Shown here: positions 1 to 14,700 of the stretch, one piece after another
Layout of the letters: every line of letters begins with the position of its first letter
How positions within the stretch are numbered: the first letter of the stretch is position 1
Assembly (NCBI GenBank): GCA_964247055.1
Contig: OZ176059.1
Location: forward strand, 1,178,001-1,242,000
DNA length: 64,000 bases
Source: Paragordius varius
Taxonomy: Eukaryota > Animalia > Nematomorpha
Direction of reading: 5' to 3'
Position numbers and translations under genes: made by a program
Notes under the pieces: generated by a model
Told to the model about the DNA's origin: nothing
Seen by the model: only the letters and a program-made list of their open reading frames with translations
The model's database searches: none

Positions 1-78
1 AGTCATATATGTTAAGTGTTATTCAATGTAAATAAAACACAATTTTTGCATTATTTTCAGTATGATGCATTATATTTA

Positions 79-255
79 CAGTATGAGTAAGTATACATTG
101 ATAGAAAGTTATTAATTATTACCAAATAGTGAATTCAACAAAGGGCAGTATCATTGGGTAATCATAGCAAAAAGTAAATAAAATAACTATAAGCCAATAA
201 TACTGCCCTTGGCAATAACTAATAACTTTCTAGCAATGTATACTTACTCATACTG
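79..255. mobile_element. MITE with CAGTATGAGTAAGTATACATTG TIRs
   Basis: Perfect 22-bp TIR with further inverted similarity inside. TA is present on the left flank only. Confidence 0.65.
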
Positions 256-3200
256 TTTAAAGGTAAAAAAATAAAATAAAGCGCTTGTTCTTACATTTGT
301 AATTTTGGAATTGAATCATATTGAAAAAAAAATTTTTGCCATGTATGACAAGGGTAAATACCAAATTTCACAGTAAAGGATTAAACTTTTTTACATGAGA
401 TTGATATTTTATTTTTATTCAAACTTGATTATAAAATATAAACCAATATTGTCACATATGAGCATAGGACATTCTTGGTAGAGTAGATAAGTTAATGTAT
501 ATATGTTTGATTTGTAACTTATACTTTTGACAATGATCTCACACTTCCAAAATAGCAGTCTATCACAATATTTATTTAATGAAATTGATTCTGTGGGAGA
601 ATATTAATAATAGTAGTAAGTAGTATTAAATTAATAAACGGATTTTATTTTCCATCCATAGTACATAGATCTGATAGATTTATTGCTTATGTTTTATTTA
701 TTAATCCTCTTAAAATAACCACTTTTATAACTAATATTGTTATGAGAGATTTTACACCATAAAATCATAATGCTACTTGTTAGTTATTATATATATATTT
801 AAGATATATATAGCGTTCAAGTATTTATTTTGCTTTAGAAATACATATCGCATTTTTAAATTTATTTTTAAAGTTGATTTTTTTAGGAACAACTTCACAC
901 GGTGGCAAAAACCAATAAAAAAAGGAGAATTTGGTATAAATTAATTTTTAAATATAATCCACTTAAAATTTGTGAGATGAGTGGATTATACGTACAGTTT
1001 TAAAAGAATATTTATTTCAAGTGCCCACTTTGCATGAATGTAAAAATATAAAATTTATAAAATATATTCTAAAATTATAAACATATAATTCTATAATTTT
1101 GATGGTGTGGTGTGGTGGTGATTTAAAATAATAAAAATGGAAGGAAAAAACTGCATTTTAATTATTTTTAATGTCTCCATATATTAACTCTACAACTGTT
1201 AACACTACCAAAGATTTAGTTAGCAATAATGGTATAAATTTGGTTAGTTTTTTTTCATTACATATGACATCTGTCACTAAATTAAAAGCCCCTATTGTTA
1301 TTATTACTTTTTATTCATGTACACACTAGTATGTGGTGACAAACAACAAATGGTTGAAATCAAACAATTTTTTTCCTATGTTTATACATTAATTTCGTTT
1401 ATTTAATTAGGGATAAACTACATTTTATACCATACGCTACTGTGTGTATATATTGGTGTATGTGTTAGAAACATTATTAATATCGTAAAATAAAAATGTG
1501 TAAAATTTATTGAATGTCTAAGTATTCTGTAAAAATTCTATATAGGTACATCTTAATTATATATATAGATAATTTGAAAGAAAAAAAATAAAGGGTAAAA
1601 TAAAGATACATAAAATAAAAACACATAATCGCCTTTAAAATATTAATTAATTTATTAATTAATATTTATAAATTTTGTACAGCGTAATGATAATCTTGTA
1701 ATTTAATAATCCTGAATTTTTTTATCCTTCTTTCATAATATAACAACTGTTAATATAATTTTTTATGGATATGATGTATCTGAAAGGTATCATATGACTA
1801 ACTTTTTACCATAGCTTATTATTATTACAATAAATTTTACTTATCAAAAATTAATTATCCCAAACAAATAAATTTTTCAGTCACAAATATACTTTAACAT
1901 TATATTTTTCATTATACGTATATAAATTTTTGATATTGTAAAAATTTAACCGTATATATTATAAAATATAACGAAAACTCTATATATACGATACTCAAAT
2001 CCCTGTATATCTACTTTTGTGGTCTTTGTTCAACAAATTTTAACACTACAATATTACAATATGCTTAGTTTTTTAATGCGATTTTGTAACACTCTCTTAT
2101 TCATTATATATGTTTTTTTTCTCGATATGTACAAATCAAAATTTTATTTTAGAATTATAAATTTTATAATTTTTAATGTTTTTATATCGATTGTTTGCGA
2201 GTGGCTCCTAACATCACATATTATCCAATTATTATTCGGATTTTGTCAATATATCCTCATAAATCCAAATATGGTAAGCGATTATTTTTTTAGTATATTT
2301 TAAAATTTTCTATGCGAGTTTATCAAACATAATTGAATAAATATTTAATTATTTTGTTTAAATAAATCCAGAAATTTTACGTAAAATTATATGATGAAAT
2401 GTTCATAATATTGGTGTCAAAACGCAAAAAATGAGATGTTGTTTTTTAAAATTTTTATAAATCTATGTAATGTAAAAACAGTTACGTGTATGAAATCTTT
2501 GATAAACTTTGGCGTCAGCTAATTTATCTTTTCCTTAACTTATAATATATTTGAATTCTATTGAAATTGTCGTCATATCAGAACCATAATATTTTCCATT
2601 TATGTTTCAGTTATGTATAATAATATATTACATATTTTATAAAAAAAACAATTGAAATCATAACTTGACGCAAAAAAGTTTATATTTTTATTATAATACA
2701 AGTCTTTTTTTTATTGCCCAATTTATATTTCTTATGAGAAAAACGATGTATAAATTAAATTTTTAATTCTTTTGTTCAAATATTATATCTTTTGATGTTA
2801 ATTAGTGAGCAATGTAATAAACTTTTTAATTTTATTAACTAAACCGCTCTTTTATATCCATTGCAATTGCCTTATCTTGGTATTCGTATATTCGTTTCAA
2901 TATAGTAGGAATTTAAAACTTGGTTTGTCTATTATTCCCCGCTGCACTATTTTTTAAACTCTATATTCCAATAGTTTCATGTTTTTAAATTAAACAGTTA
3001 ATTAAAAAACAATTTTACGAAATTATATATGGGCATTTGTTTTAAGATGTACAATAAACTCTATATGTAAAATAAAATAGAGCAAAATTATACTTATACA
3101 TCTGTAATACATTATGGAATGAACCATTTTGCTATTTATACATACATATATATGTAATAAAGAAAATATTTTTATTTTTGTGTAGTTAAACATTCGCATT

Positions 3201-3494
3201 GAACTTGGATAGATAGCTCCTTATGCTAATTAATCAATCACACAATCAATCGTCTGCTCTCAGCTTTCATTCAAAACACGTTTTTAATCGTCTGAAATAA
3301 TGTTCAGATAAATCTTTGATTGCAACAAAAAATTGCAAAATATTTGAATCAAACTATTGCCTCAATGTTTACTATATGCTTTGCAAGAATTGACAAATTT
3401 TATTAGTATTATCCTAATGCACATGAATTATAAAATTTTCCACAAAAGACAATCAAAACCAATAATTAGCGTTTAACATTCCTCTGTCGCCAAA

Positions 3495-3576
3495 ATGTCT
3501 TCTAACTATATCGCCATAGCCTTCCTATTTGCATTTCTTATTCACACTACACTGTGGCATTTGGGTAGCACCAAAA
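3495..3576 (+). CDS. Putative first coding exon of robo (signal peptide)
   Basis: caaaATG context. MSSNYIAIAFLFAFLIHTTLWHLGSTK has a hydrophobic core and ends at a phase-1 GTAATT donor (3577) that matches the phase-1 acceptor at 8770. Ig1 has no signal peptide of its own. Confidence 0.55.
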
Positions 3577-6500
3577 GTAATTACCTTTTCATATTATTTA
3601 TTGATTATACCTTATTTGGGTTCTTTTGTTTCTCTCACACTTACAGGTTTTATAATAATTTTTATTTGCCAAATTATTTATAAATTAAATCAATTCAAAT
3701 GTTAAATTGTTGAAATATTTATGCAAAACTATTTTATGTGCTATATTTTTATTTATTTATATGATACATATAACTAAAGTTAAAACATTTATCAAAATTA
3801 ATAATTTTTTACAAAAATTCAAATAGTATAACATTAATTGTAAAACGAATAATATCGATTTTGTTTGAATATGATTATATGGTTTTGTGGTTTTTTTACT
3901 ACCAGGGAAAATATACAGATATAATGGAAATTGGCTATTGATTTTTGCGTACTAATCCATAATTTATTACATTGGTTTGATTATTATCATTATCCTATGT
4001 ATGTTTACATAAGGATATATAAATATAGGTAACATTATTTAAAAGTTAATATTATATATTTATTTCACAAATTCTTGCTATATTAAACAAAAATGACCAA
4101 AAATATGAAAATATTTATAATGAGTAGAATGCTATAAACAAAATAGGAAATAGGCAATATATTTAACACAGTAATATAGCTCGCGTGCGACCGGAAAAGG
4201 TTTAGCGTAAGGCTGTTTTTTTCTTCAAATATATTTTGTAAAATGTTGATGTTAAACTTTTATAGGGACATTAAAACATTTTATTGGTTAAATCTTTAAA
4301 CTTTAGGTTTTCTTTTAAAACAATGTCCTAAAATTGAAATTGCATGAATCGTTGCAGAATTTTTAGCGATTCCCAAAAAATAAAATTACAGTTTACGATA
4401 TTAAACTCGCTTATAAAAAGATAAATTATTCTACTTTCGTTCGCATTCCCTTTCCCCCACACATATTGCAAAATTTTGATAGATTAAAAACTTAGTGACC
4501 TTATCCCCAAAAGTATTAAATTTTACAAAATATCGCTCTTAATGTAACATACTTTATAAATTATTATACTTTATCTATAAGGATATATCTTTTTAAAGGT
4601 TACAGTTTTAATTTAATTCATTTACATTTGACGGAGGACATATTATGGTGAATTAATTGAGTTAAAAGTGTGCATAGGTTAAAACGTTTGCCAATTATTG
4701 ATCATCTTTTTTTGGAGATAATCACAAATTGACCACTGCATTATACTTAAAATGTTATATTAAACATAATAATTTATTTATATGATCCTTTTTGCCAAAC
4801 ATATATAATACTTATTGACTAGATAAAATATGCAAAAAGTTTATATCCTTAGTTGTTAGCTTTTATCCGAGGTTTTACCAAAGTAATATGAAAAATTATT
4901 GATTTTCTTATGCAATTTCTTTTTATTTCTTTTGTCCGTTACTTTACTACTATTTGGTGTGATTGGTATTTTGTTGGTTTTCTACGTTTATTTTCCGTCC
5001 TCCTCGTCCGGAAAAAACCAATATTCAGAAATGACTGTCTTTCTTTTATAATCCGATAAGTTATTACTACAGAAATATTATACCTTAGTAGCTATTATAT
5101 TAATATTGGTCATATTAACATGAGAAACCTATATAAAACAAATTATATATACATCCGTTTAAAGTCTTTTATAATATCAAAAGTTAAATTATGCATTTTA
5201 CTTTTGCAAATAGAAATATCTTTAAAATATAAATATAAGATATGAATATATAAAGAATTATTACCAAATTTTATGTACCAAAAAAACGAATATTAACTCT
5301 AAAATAGTTTTCTTCACATCGCTGCCACAACTTACCATCATATCGATTTTATTTGGCATTTGTTGTGGTGATGATGGTGACATAGCTGCCAGCGGAAAAT
5401 ATTATAATGTTATATCATATGAAATTTCATATTTTTTTGCTACTACTAGTCAATAAGTCCACCACCACTCTACTCTATTCCCTTATTTACAGTAGCGTAT
5501 GGAGTAAAACAATATTAGTCCATAAAACAATCTTATAAATGCACATATATCTATAATATCCCCTTTATTCTATTATGGACTAATATTGTTTTAATCCATA
5601 CGCTACTGTATATGTGCATATGTATAAAAACAGAGATAGAAGATGTTAAGAATAAAAAATGAAATTATTATCACTATATTTTATATTTCGTTATGTTTAT
5701 TAGCAAAGCTGCAACATTTGTAGGACCAAATGGTATGGTCCCAACTATTTTTGTTGTTGCAACAACAGCAATATTAACATAAAATTGATTAACATTCCAG
5801 TGTCAAAAATTATTTTTTGTATAAAAACATATATATTGTAAAATATTTAAGCATATATATCCCAAAGTTTTTATCGGATTAAATTAATATATAAATCTTA
5901 CATAACTTATATATGGAAAAATCTAATATTAATTAAAAATGACTGTAAGCATAATATTTTTCTTTTATATAATTTAATAGGCTGCTAGACTTGGATATTT
6001 TATTATACTTATAATTTTATCGTTTTATGGATATTTTTGATAATTTATATATATCTTATATCTATTAATCCTCTTTCTCCTCTCAAAAATCTACTTAAAC
6101 AGCTTAAGCCATTTTTGTCACTTTAGTATCTTTGAAAGCGTTTTTCAAATGACCATTTTAAGCTCAACAATGATATATATATATAGTATAATAATAGGAT
6201 CAACAACATTAGATTTTTTATTTGACACACCTGTGTTATTTTTGCAATTTTTCATAATATATTAACTTACTATGAGATTTAGAGTTCGTTTGAATGATAT
6301 TAATATTAACATATAATATATAGGACCTCTGTTTGATACTTTAAGCAAAGAATATCTTAAAAATGTAATATATAATTTTTATATTAAAAATTATGCTTTC
6401 ATATAATAATATATATATTTTTTCTATATGGGTGGTTAAGACAATGAGAGAGATATTTATTACAAAAAATATTACATATACCCATTATAAAGACAGGTGT

Positions 6501-7968
6501 AAAAATTTTTTTTTCTTCAAATTTAGAGCCACCTAGCTAGCTGGTCATTTTTGCATTTAAATACTAAAAAAAATCGGTGTCAAGTTAATTTAAAAATAAA
6601 ACTTTATTTTTTAAATTGAAATTTTTGTAATTAACATTCATTCCTCTAGGGATTTGTTAATTTTTAGATTTGTTTTTTTTTCATAGTTTTTGACATTTAA
6701 CCAGTTTTTTTATCCTTTACACAATAAATAAATTGCTAGATTATATCTATTATACAGTTGCGGATGAACATGTATTAATTATTATATTCAGCTAGTGTAA
6801 AAATTAATTACTTTTTAAACTTTTTAAAGAACAAATCAAAGTATAATTTATATACATTTTTTTGCGTACAATCATTAATCTTTGAACGTTAAAATTAATT
6901 TTTATTTTTGTTCCCTTATGTATTTATTTTTAAGGTTACATAATATTATGACACCAAATTTTATGGAAAAAATTCCATTCCCCTAATAATAAAATGATAT
7001 GTTTATTATCATATATACATATACAGTAGCGTATGGCATAAAACAATGTTGGTCCATAAAAGAATAAAAAAATGTTTTTTTAAAAACAAGTGGATATTAT
7101 AAAAAAACAATTTTTTTTTGGTTTTCGGACTGCCATTGTTTTATGCCATACGCCACTGTATAAGAAAAGTTGACTTTTTGTAAGCTATCTCAAAAGCTTA
7201 AGTTTCACACCTGTCCTTTTGGCACCTGGTATGTATATGTGCATTGTACTACTTCAAAACTGTAAATGATTGATAGATATTTATAAGTATACGTAATATA
7301 TAAAATATGAATATTTATGACATAATTATTAATATTAAACAAAAAATATGCCACATTCTTATATAATATAAAATAACAATAATTTACTATAGGTATTATG
7401 AAATTTTCAAAGTGTAAATTAGCGATTTTTCGAAAAATAATCTATCTTTTTGGGTAAAGGGACTTGGACCAATGTTATATAAGCAAGTAATTATATAAAT
7501 ATGTTTTTAATCATTTGTTAAATCATCATGTGATATTATAAACATTATGAAATTTAATTATTAGGTTGTTGGACATAAAAGTAATTTGATAAACTCAATA
7601 TTATCAATATGATTGAAATTCGATACTAACTTTTTTCGCTTCTTTAATTACAGAGTTGAGGTTAATCATTGATTAATATATAAGAAAATTACAAAAACTA
7701 TTGGAAAATTTAGGGTCATATATGTTTTGGTATAAATTTTAATAGTCAAATCTAATAATAAAGAATGAAAATAGTCAAATCTAATAATAAAGAATGAAAA
7801 TCCAAATCAAAACATTTCAACAAAGTATAGATGTAGTGTAGAGTGTTAAGTCGTCCTTATTTTATGGCATTGATAAAATTGCGTATCAATATGGTTTTAA
7901 ATATCATTAAATCCTCGCTATTTTATTCAAACATTTTCTCAATAAGTTATTTAAGTTATGTAATATTT

Positions 7969-8020
<52 letters not shown>

Positions 8021-8667
8021 AACAATTAACATCTATTTGCGTTTGATATGGTGGTGGTGTCAACCATCTAAAATTTTTTTTGATTATGAATAATTTTATT
8101 TAAAGTAATTTTAATAAATCATTGTATCAACAGGTTTTGAGACTCCAATTTACTTTTACCTTGTTGTAAAACTTTTTTTACCTTTTGTCCATCGTATATA
8201 TTATATATATGTATAATCGATCAATCATACATTCAAAAGTTTAAATTATTTAATTAATCAATCATTTTTTATATTTTCTTTAATAATTAAAGTTAACACA
8301 TTATGTAGCAAATATTTATAATACATAAATTTGAATAAATTTTATATAACAAAAAAAAAGAAAAAAAAACTTAAAAGAAAACCAAGATAGATTAGTGGTA
8401 AAGACATAATCACCTTTAAGCCGTTTTTGATATATTCCATGTGATAAATAAAATTTTTTAAATATATTATAATTTTTCAAATGTTATATATTAGCATAAT
8501 CTCTTCACCTTTATATATAATATATATATAATATATATATTGTCTGTCCCCTTTTGTTTGAAGTGATGATGTAGTATATAATAATATTTATCGCCGTTTG
8601 CAAAATTTGTTTTTTTTTAAAAATCAAATTAAAATGAATTTAAATACCCTATATTAATCTCGGCCTA

Positions 8668-8719
<52 letters not shown>

Positions 8720-11700
8720 ATCAAATAATTCTTTAATAAATTTATATAAATGTCTTTTGTCTCTTTTAGAATCATACGGTTTTGCGCCGCTTATATTGGA
8801 GCACCCACGTGACACATGGGCCAATCCGAATGACACTATAACGTTAGTATGTAAGGCGGATGGGAACCCATCACCAACCTTTACCTGGTTCAAAAATAAT
8901 GAACCTGTAATTATTATTTTATAGTTTTTAACATTATTCATATTAGTAAAAATACCCCCCATTTTTGGGGTAACTGGATCATAGTTTAAAATGTAAAAAT
9001 GGATGGATTATATCCTTGAAAATGGAAAAAAATTAAGTTTAAAATATTGCAAACTTCTGAAAATCGGTTGTATCAAAAGCAAACAATTTTTTTAATGTTG
9101 TTGATGCCAATCGGTACTCTATACGGATATAGAGCAATTATTAATTGCACATCAAAAACTGTTAATTTCCTTGAGAACTAATATGAACACTCATAGTCAC
9201 AAATTATTTTCAATTTTATTTTTTCCCTAATTAATGGTAAGAATTTCAGCATAAATTATTTTTCTTACCCGGGAAAACTATATTTGGTAATACCTTTAAA
9301 TTGGATGTTTTATATCAGGGGTGTTCAACATGCTGCCCTTCATAATATCTCTCAGCCCCGTAAAACTATACAAAATTTTACAAAATCTAAACAAGAATGA
9401 TTTCCTTAAATAAATTTTCTTTACAAGATTCGAATTTTGGCATGGAAAAAGCAAAAATTGTTAAAATTAAGAGTAGTTTTAACAGTCTTATTATGATTGA
9501 AATCTAATATAAAATTTGATATTTCCCGATATCCATCCATTCATTTTAGGTCCCAGGGTATCTGGGGTTTCCATGCACCAACTTCCTGAACAATGTCCTA
9601 TCAAAGACTTGTTCGTGTTCAATATTGAAGTGTGATAGATCTTGGGTCAGCTGTTTGGACCATGTGAGCTTAGGGCGGCCTTTTCTGTTTGGGCCGGGTA
9701 TATTTAAATGTTGTATTTTTTGGACCCAGTTATCGGAATTCATACGTTGAATATGTCCGTAATATCGCAATCGATTGCGCTGGATGAATAGAGCTATGGG
9801 TTCATCTTCTTCTATGGTATTATCAAAATTATTGTTGCAGATTTTGAGCATGTGATTTTCAGCTCTAGTAAGTCTATTTAGGTCTGTTGCTGTAAGGGCC
9901 CAGGTTTCTGTAGCGTATGTCATAGCTGGTCTTATTCCCATTTTGTAAATCTTTATCTTGTGATTTGATTTGATATTTTTATTAGTTAAAATATATTTTA
10001 ATTGATTGAATTTGGCCCATCCTTGTCTGATTCTATGAGAAATGGCATCCCTCAAAGAACCATCAGATGCTATATAATCGCCCAGATATGGAAACGATGT
10101 TACCACTTCTAGTTTATCTCCATTAAAGTTTAAAGTACGGGAATTCGGTATTGGCAGTGGTATTGATGAAGCACATGGTGTGCAGATGAAATTATTATTA
10201 TTAATTAACTTTCCTTTTATGTTGGAACATTTTTTATGGACCCAATTTCTGCATTTTGTACAACAAAGTGAGTTTAGTTTTACCTCAGTGGTGCACACTG
10301 GGCATGGGAACTTTATAGTTTTATGTTCATCTCCTGTGATTAGAATTTTAGTTTTGTTTGTATTGATTTTAAGACCGTATTTATGTAATTGTTTTGACCA
10401 TATAAGATATTTATTTTCGAGTATTGAAATATCTTCTGCAGTGATTATGAGGTCGTCTGCATAAAGAATTTCATAAGGCAGACCTTCTCTCATATCTTTT
10501 GTTATGTAATCAATTATAGTTATAAAAAGAAGTGGGCTAAGGACAGATCCCTGATGCAGCCCAGTATTTATACTAAAATACTCTGAATTCCCAACAGGAG
10601 TAAGAACACAACTGATTGAGTTAGTGTAGATTAACATAATTAACTTAATGGTATATTCATCTACGTTGTTGTAGCGCAGTGATTCTATTATTAGTGCTCT
10701 AGGTACTGAGTCGTAAGCCTTTTCTAAATCGACAAAAAGGTGGAATAGTTTACGACCTTTTGCTCGGTATTTATCTTGTAATTGTCTGAGTAGGAAAATT
10801 GGATCGATTGTGCTTTTGCCCGCTGAAAAGGCGAATTGCATTGGATTAATTGATATGAGCTGGACGATACGATTTTTGAGGCACATTTCAAAAATTTTTA
10901 ACCCATGTTCAAGAAGTTTTAAGGGCCTGTATGAGGAACAGGTTAGGATATCTCCTTTATTTTTGAAAATGGGAAATATAATGCTTTTTTCCCAGTCTTT
11001 GGGTATTTTCATTTCAACTATTATTTTGTTAAATAAATTTGTTAGAAGCATGGTTATATTGGGTATTAATTTAATGATATCAAAACATTGTTCACTAGGG
11101 CCCGAAGCCTTGTTTGATTTCATTTGGTCTAAAGCAATCTCAATTTCTTGTATTGTGAATGTATTTAATGGGCCACAACAGGGATCTCGGTCAGAATTTA
11201 TTATGGGTGTTAAAGGGTTGTTTAGATTTTGCTCCATATATTTTTGCCATATGGATTTAATTAATTCTGGTTGTATTTGTAAATTATTATTATTATCTTT
11301 TATACATTTAATCGTTGGTATATCTTTTTTGTTATTATTGTAAAGTTTCATATGTTTAAAAATTTTATTATTTTGGATTTCCTTTTCCAATTTATCGGCA
11401 GTATCTTTAGCCTTTTCATTCATTAATTTATTTATTTCCTTTTGAACCTTTTTGTTGTATTTATAATACTCAGATTTGTCGTTTTCTGTTTTCGATTTCT
11501 TCCATTTTTTATACAAACGCGCCTTTTCTTTAAGTAATGGCTTAATTGCATCGTCCCACCACCATTTCTTTTGGGCTTTGCTCTTTCTTCTACCACACCA
11601 TTTTTCTACATTTTCAATCGTATTGCTTCTTAGACTTTGCCAGGAGTCTTCAACGTCAAGATTATCAATGTTTAAGTTAAGCGACTTTTTGAAATTATTC

Positions 11701-14700
11701 ATTATATCAGGTTTTTTAAACTTGTGTATATTAAGTTTAGGTTTGGTTCTATGATTGAAAGGTCTTGAGTTAAATTTGAAAATTGATGTTAAAACTTTAT
11801 GCTGTGTTTCAGAGTTATAAGTGGTTGTATTTCCCGATATATTTTACGAATGCGGCCCGTGAATCACTCTTAGGTTAATTATTACCTTTATTATCTAATC
11901 ATTTTTAATAAATAATATAATTATTTTAGTATCATCATTACCATGGTAACAACGTACCATTTAGTCAAGGGGACAAAGAAAAATTATCATCAGCCTGGTT
12001 ACGCTTCGATCAGTTGTTGTCCGAAAATGAGGGGGCGTATCATTGCGAAGCATCAAATATACATGGCCGAGCCAAGAGTACGTCGGCTCTTTTGCGGTTA
12101 CGCGATACCTCATCAAAGAAGGCTTCAAAAGATATCCATGGTTCTTTTTTGTTTAATATAATATACATTCCAAAAACATTTTTTTAAATATAGTATTTGG
12201 CCATTATCAAATACATTAAATGGTTGAAAAAAAATGTTTGATTGCAAATTATTTGTTGTTGTTTTACTATATGTCAAGTTCTTGGAATTTAGAATACATC
12301 TATGTATAATCTAGTCTGTTTGCAATAGATGCAAAAAGTTAATGTTAAGTACAGGGAATAGTTAGATTAAGACAAGTAGAATAATTTCATATTCTATTGT
12401 GGGCTATAAAAATAATAAAATTTTATAAATATATATGGTAAAATAGTAATTCGGATTTAAACGAAAAATAATTTAATAGCTTTGATGTTTGGCATTAAAA
12501 TTTTATTATTTTTTGAATAAAACTTGGCAAAGCTTTTAATTTAAATCTTTTTTTATATTTGCATTCTTTTAATTCCAATAGAAATGGAGGGAAATAAATT
12601 TTATTTAAATTGAATACTTATTAAATAATAAATTTTTCATTTAAATAAATATATTTTATTAATTTATGGAATACCTATTTTATTTTCCAAACATAATAGA
12701 TGATAAAGGTCAATATCTATCCAACAAAATTAGTAATGCTAAATTTGTTTCAAGTGCAAATGTAATCGCTAAATACAACCAAAAATATAGTGATGATAAA
12801 TTTACGCCACCCACAGTTATAACTGTTAACGAGAGAGAAACGATTGAATTAGCATGCCCATTAATGGCCATTATGAATGGCACGACTAATACTAATTATA
12901 ACTATGCCACTACTAAAGGAGCTAAAAGCGGTTTAATTCTTCAATGGTGGCATAAAAAATTGGTAGGGGAAAAACAATCAAACACATATCAATCCTCTGA
13001 GACTACGGAAACTCAGGAAAGCGTTACAGGTAAAAAGAATATTATTTTGCAAAAACCATTTTTTTAACTTATTCACTCATACAAATTCCATACAAAAACA
13101 CTAGATATGAATGATTGGCTCATTATAACACCCCGACACGATTTTTACAACAAAAATGGTATGTTAGATCAACCAGATTACAACAAATTACCATATCCAT
13201 TTGACGCGCCCGATAAAATTAATGAACTTAATAATCATGTTATTACATTGACTTCGAATGGAAAATTAAAATTTGTATCGGTTAAAGCAAATAATGCCGG
13301 TATGTATAAATGCGTCATCATATCCAATAAAGCCACTATAGAATTGGAACTAGGTAAAGGGAGACATGGGCATATTCACGCCCAACCTGATTCAATATTG
13401 TTCCAGGGAGCTGCTTCTGCTACTACTAAGCTAAATAATGATGATTTAGCTAATGTGCCATTGCCATTAGTTTCTAGTCTAACTAATCTTATTGTATTTA
13501 GTAAGTATTTATTCTTCTATTTCAATGCCAATTTAGTGTGTGTTTAAAATATTTTTATGTTTTAAATTCGTATATTACATAAATGATTGTCTATACAATC
13601 TTATTATATTATATTTGGTAGGTTTTTTTAGTAGTTGACAATATATAAATTTTTTGCTTTCGATCATCATATTCAAAAGCAATTGTCTCTATTAATTTTG
13701 AATGTCAAATAACGATAACTAGTTTTTCGTTTTTTTACATAACATAAGGTTTTTTAAACTCTATATTATATTTATATTTCTGCACTAGCTAAACCCCAAA
13801 TCATTCATCCGCCAGCTGATGTGACGGTACTCGAAGGTGAGGACGCTGAATTCGAATGTGAAGTAACCGGTGTCCCTGACCCTACCGTCGTTTGGAGTCG
13901 GAAATCTGGGGCGTCCGGATATCAACTCTCTATTCCGTATGAACGGGCAGCTATAACGGAGGGACGTAAATCCCTACGTATTAGCCGAGTGCAATCAGCT
14001 GATGCCGGAACATATGTTTGTGAGGTTCGTAACCGGGCAGGGGTGGTCAAAGCCCCGGCCCATCTAGCCGTTCATGTTCGGCCCACGTTTGTCGTTCCGC
14101 CCAGGGATGTGAGTGTCTTGCCCGGAGCCACGGCCACTTTTGATTGTGTTACGACAGGTATGGTAAATAATTGATCAAATAAAATCGCTTATTTAAATTG
14201 TTAAAATTGTGTAAATTTAGAATCTCACCGTATAAAATTTTAAAATTGTAATATTAGTTAATAGTTTAATTCAGGGGCACTTTTTCGCTAATTATTTTTC
14301 GTTACGGTTGTAAGGAATAAAACTGTGTTGCCTTGATTACAGAAGGTTTTTATATAAGGACTAATATCACGTTTAAATTATAAACATATCAAAAATTGCT
14401 TATTGGATTAGTTTAAGATAAATCATTCTCTTAAGTTAACAAACATTTACAAAGTTTTTTCATATCATATCACCATTAGTTAGAATATTGGAAAATATAA
14501 ATATTATTATGGTTTTCTATATAAGATAAAAATTTGTACGGATGATATAACATAAACGTTAATTATAATCAGCAATAACATGTTGTTTTAAAACCTACAT
14601 TTATAATTTTATATACATAAATTATTAGGTAATCCTACACCCAGCGTATACTGGACCCGTGAAAGTAGTCAAGTCCTTTGGTTCCCAGGGCGACCACATG

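Noticed and set aside
2019-2303. 94-aa hydrophobic ORF
   Set aside because: It is rich in Phe/Ile/Leu as expected from T-rich noncoding DNA, starts at GTG and has no recognisable motif or linking splice sites.
8654-8962. 102-aa minus-strand ORF ending in YIYIYI
   Set aside because: It is antisense to robo exon 2 and runs into a (TA)n microsatellite.
10180-11754. Plus-strand ORFs 10180, 10810 and 11476
   Set aside because: They are antisense shadows of the RTE ORF with no independent motifs.
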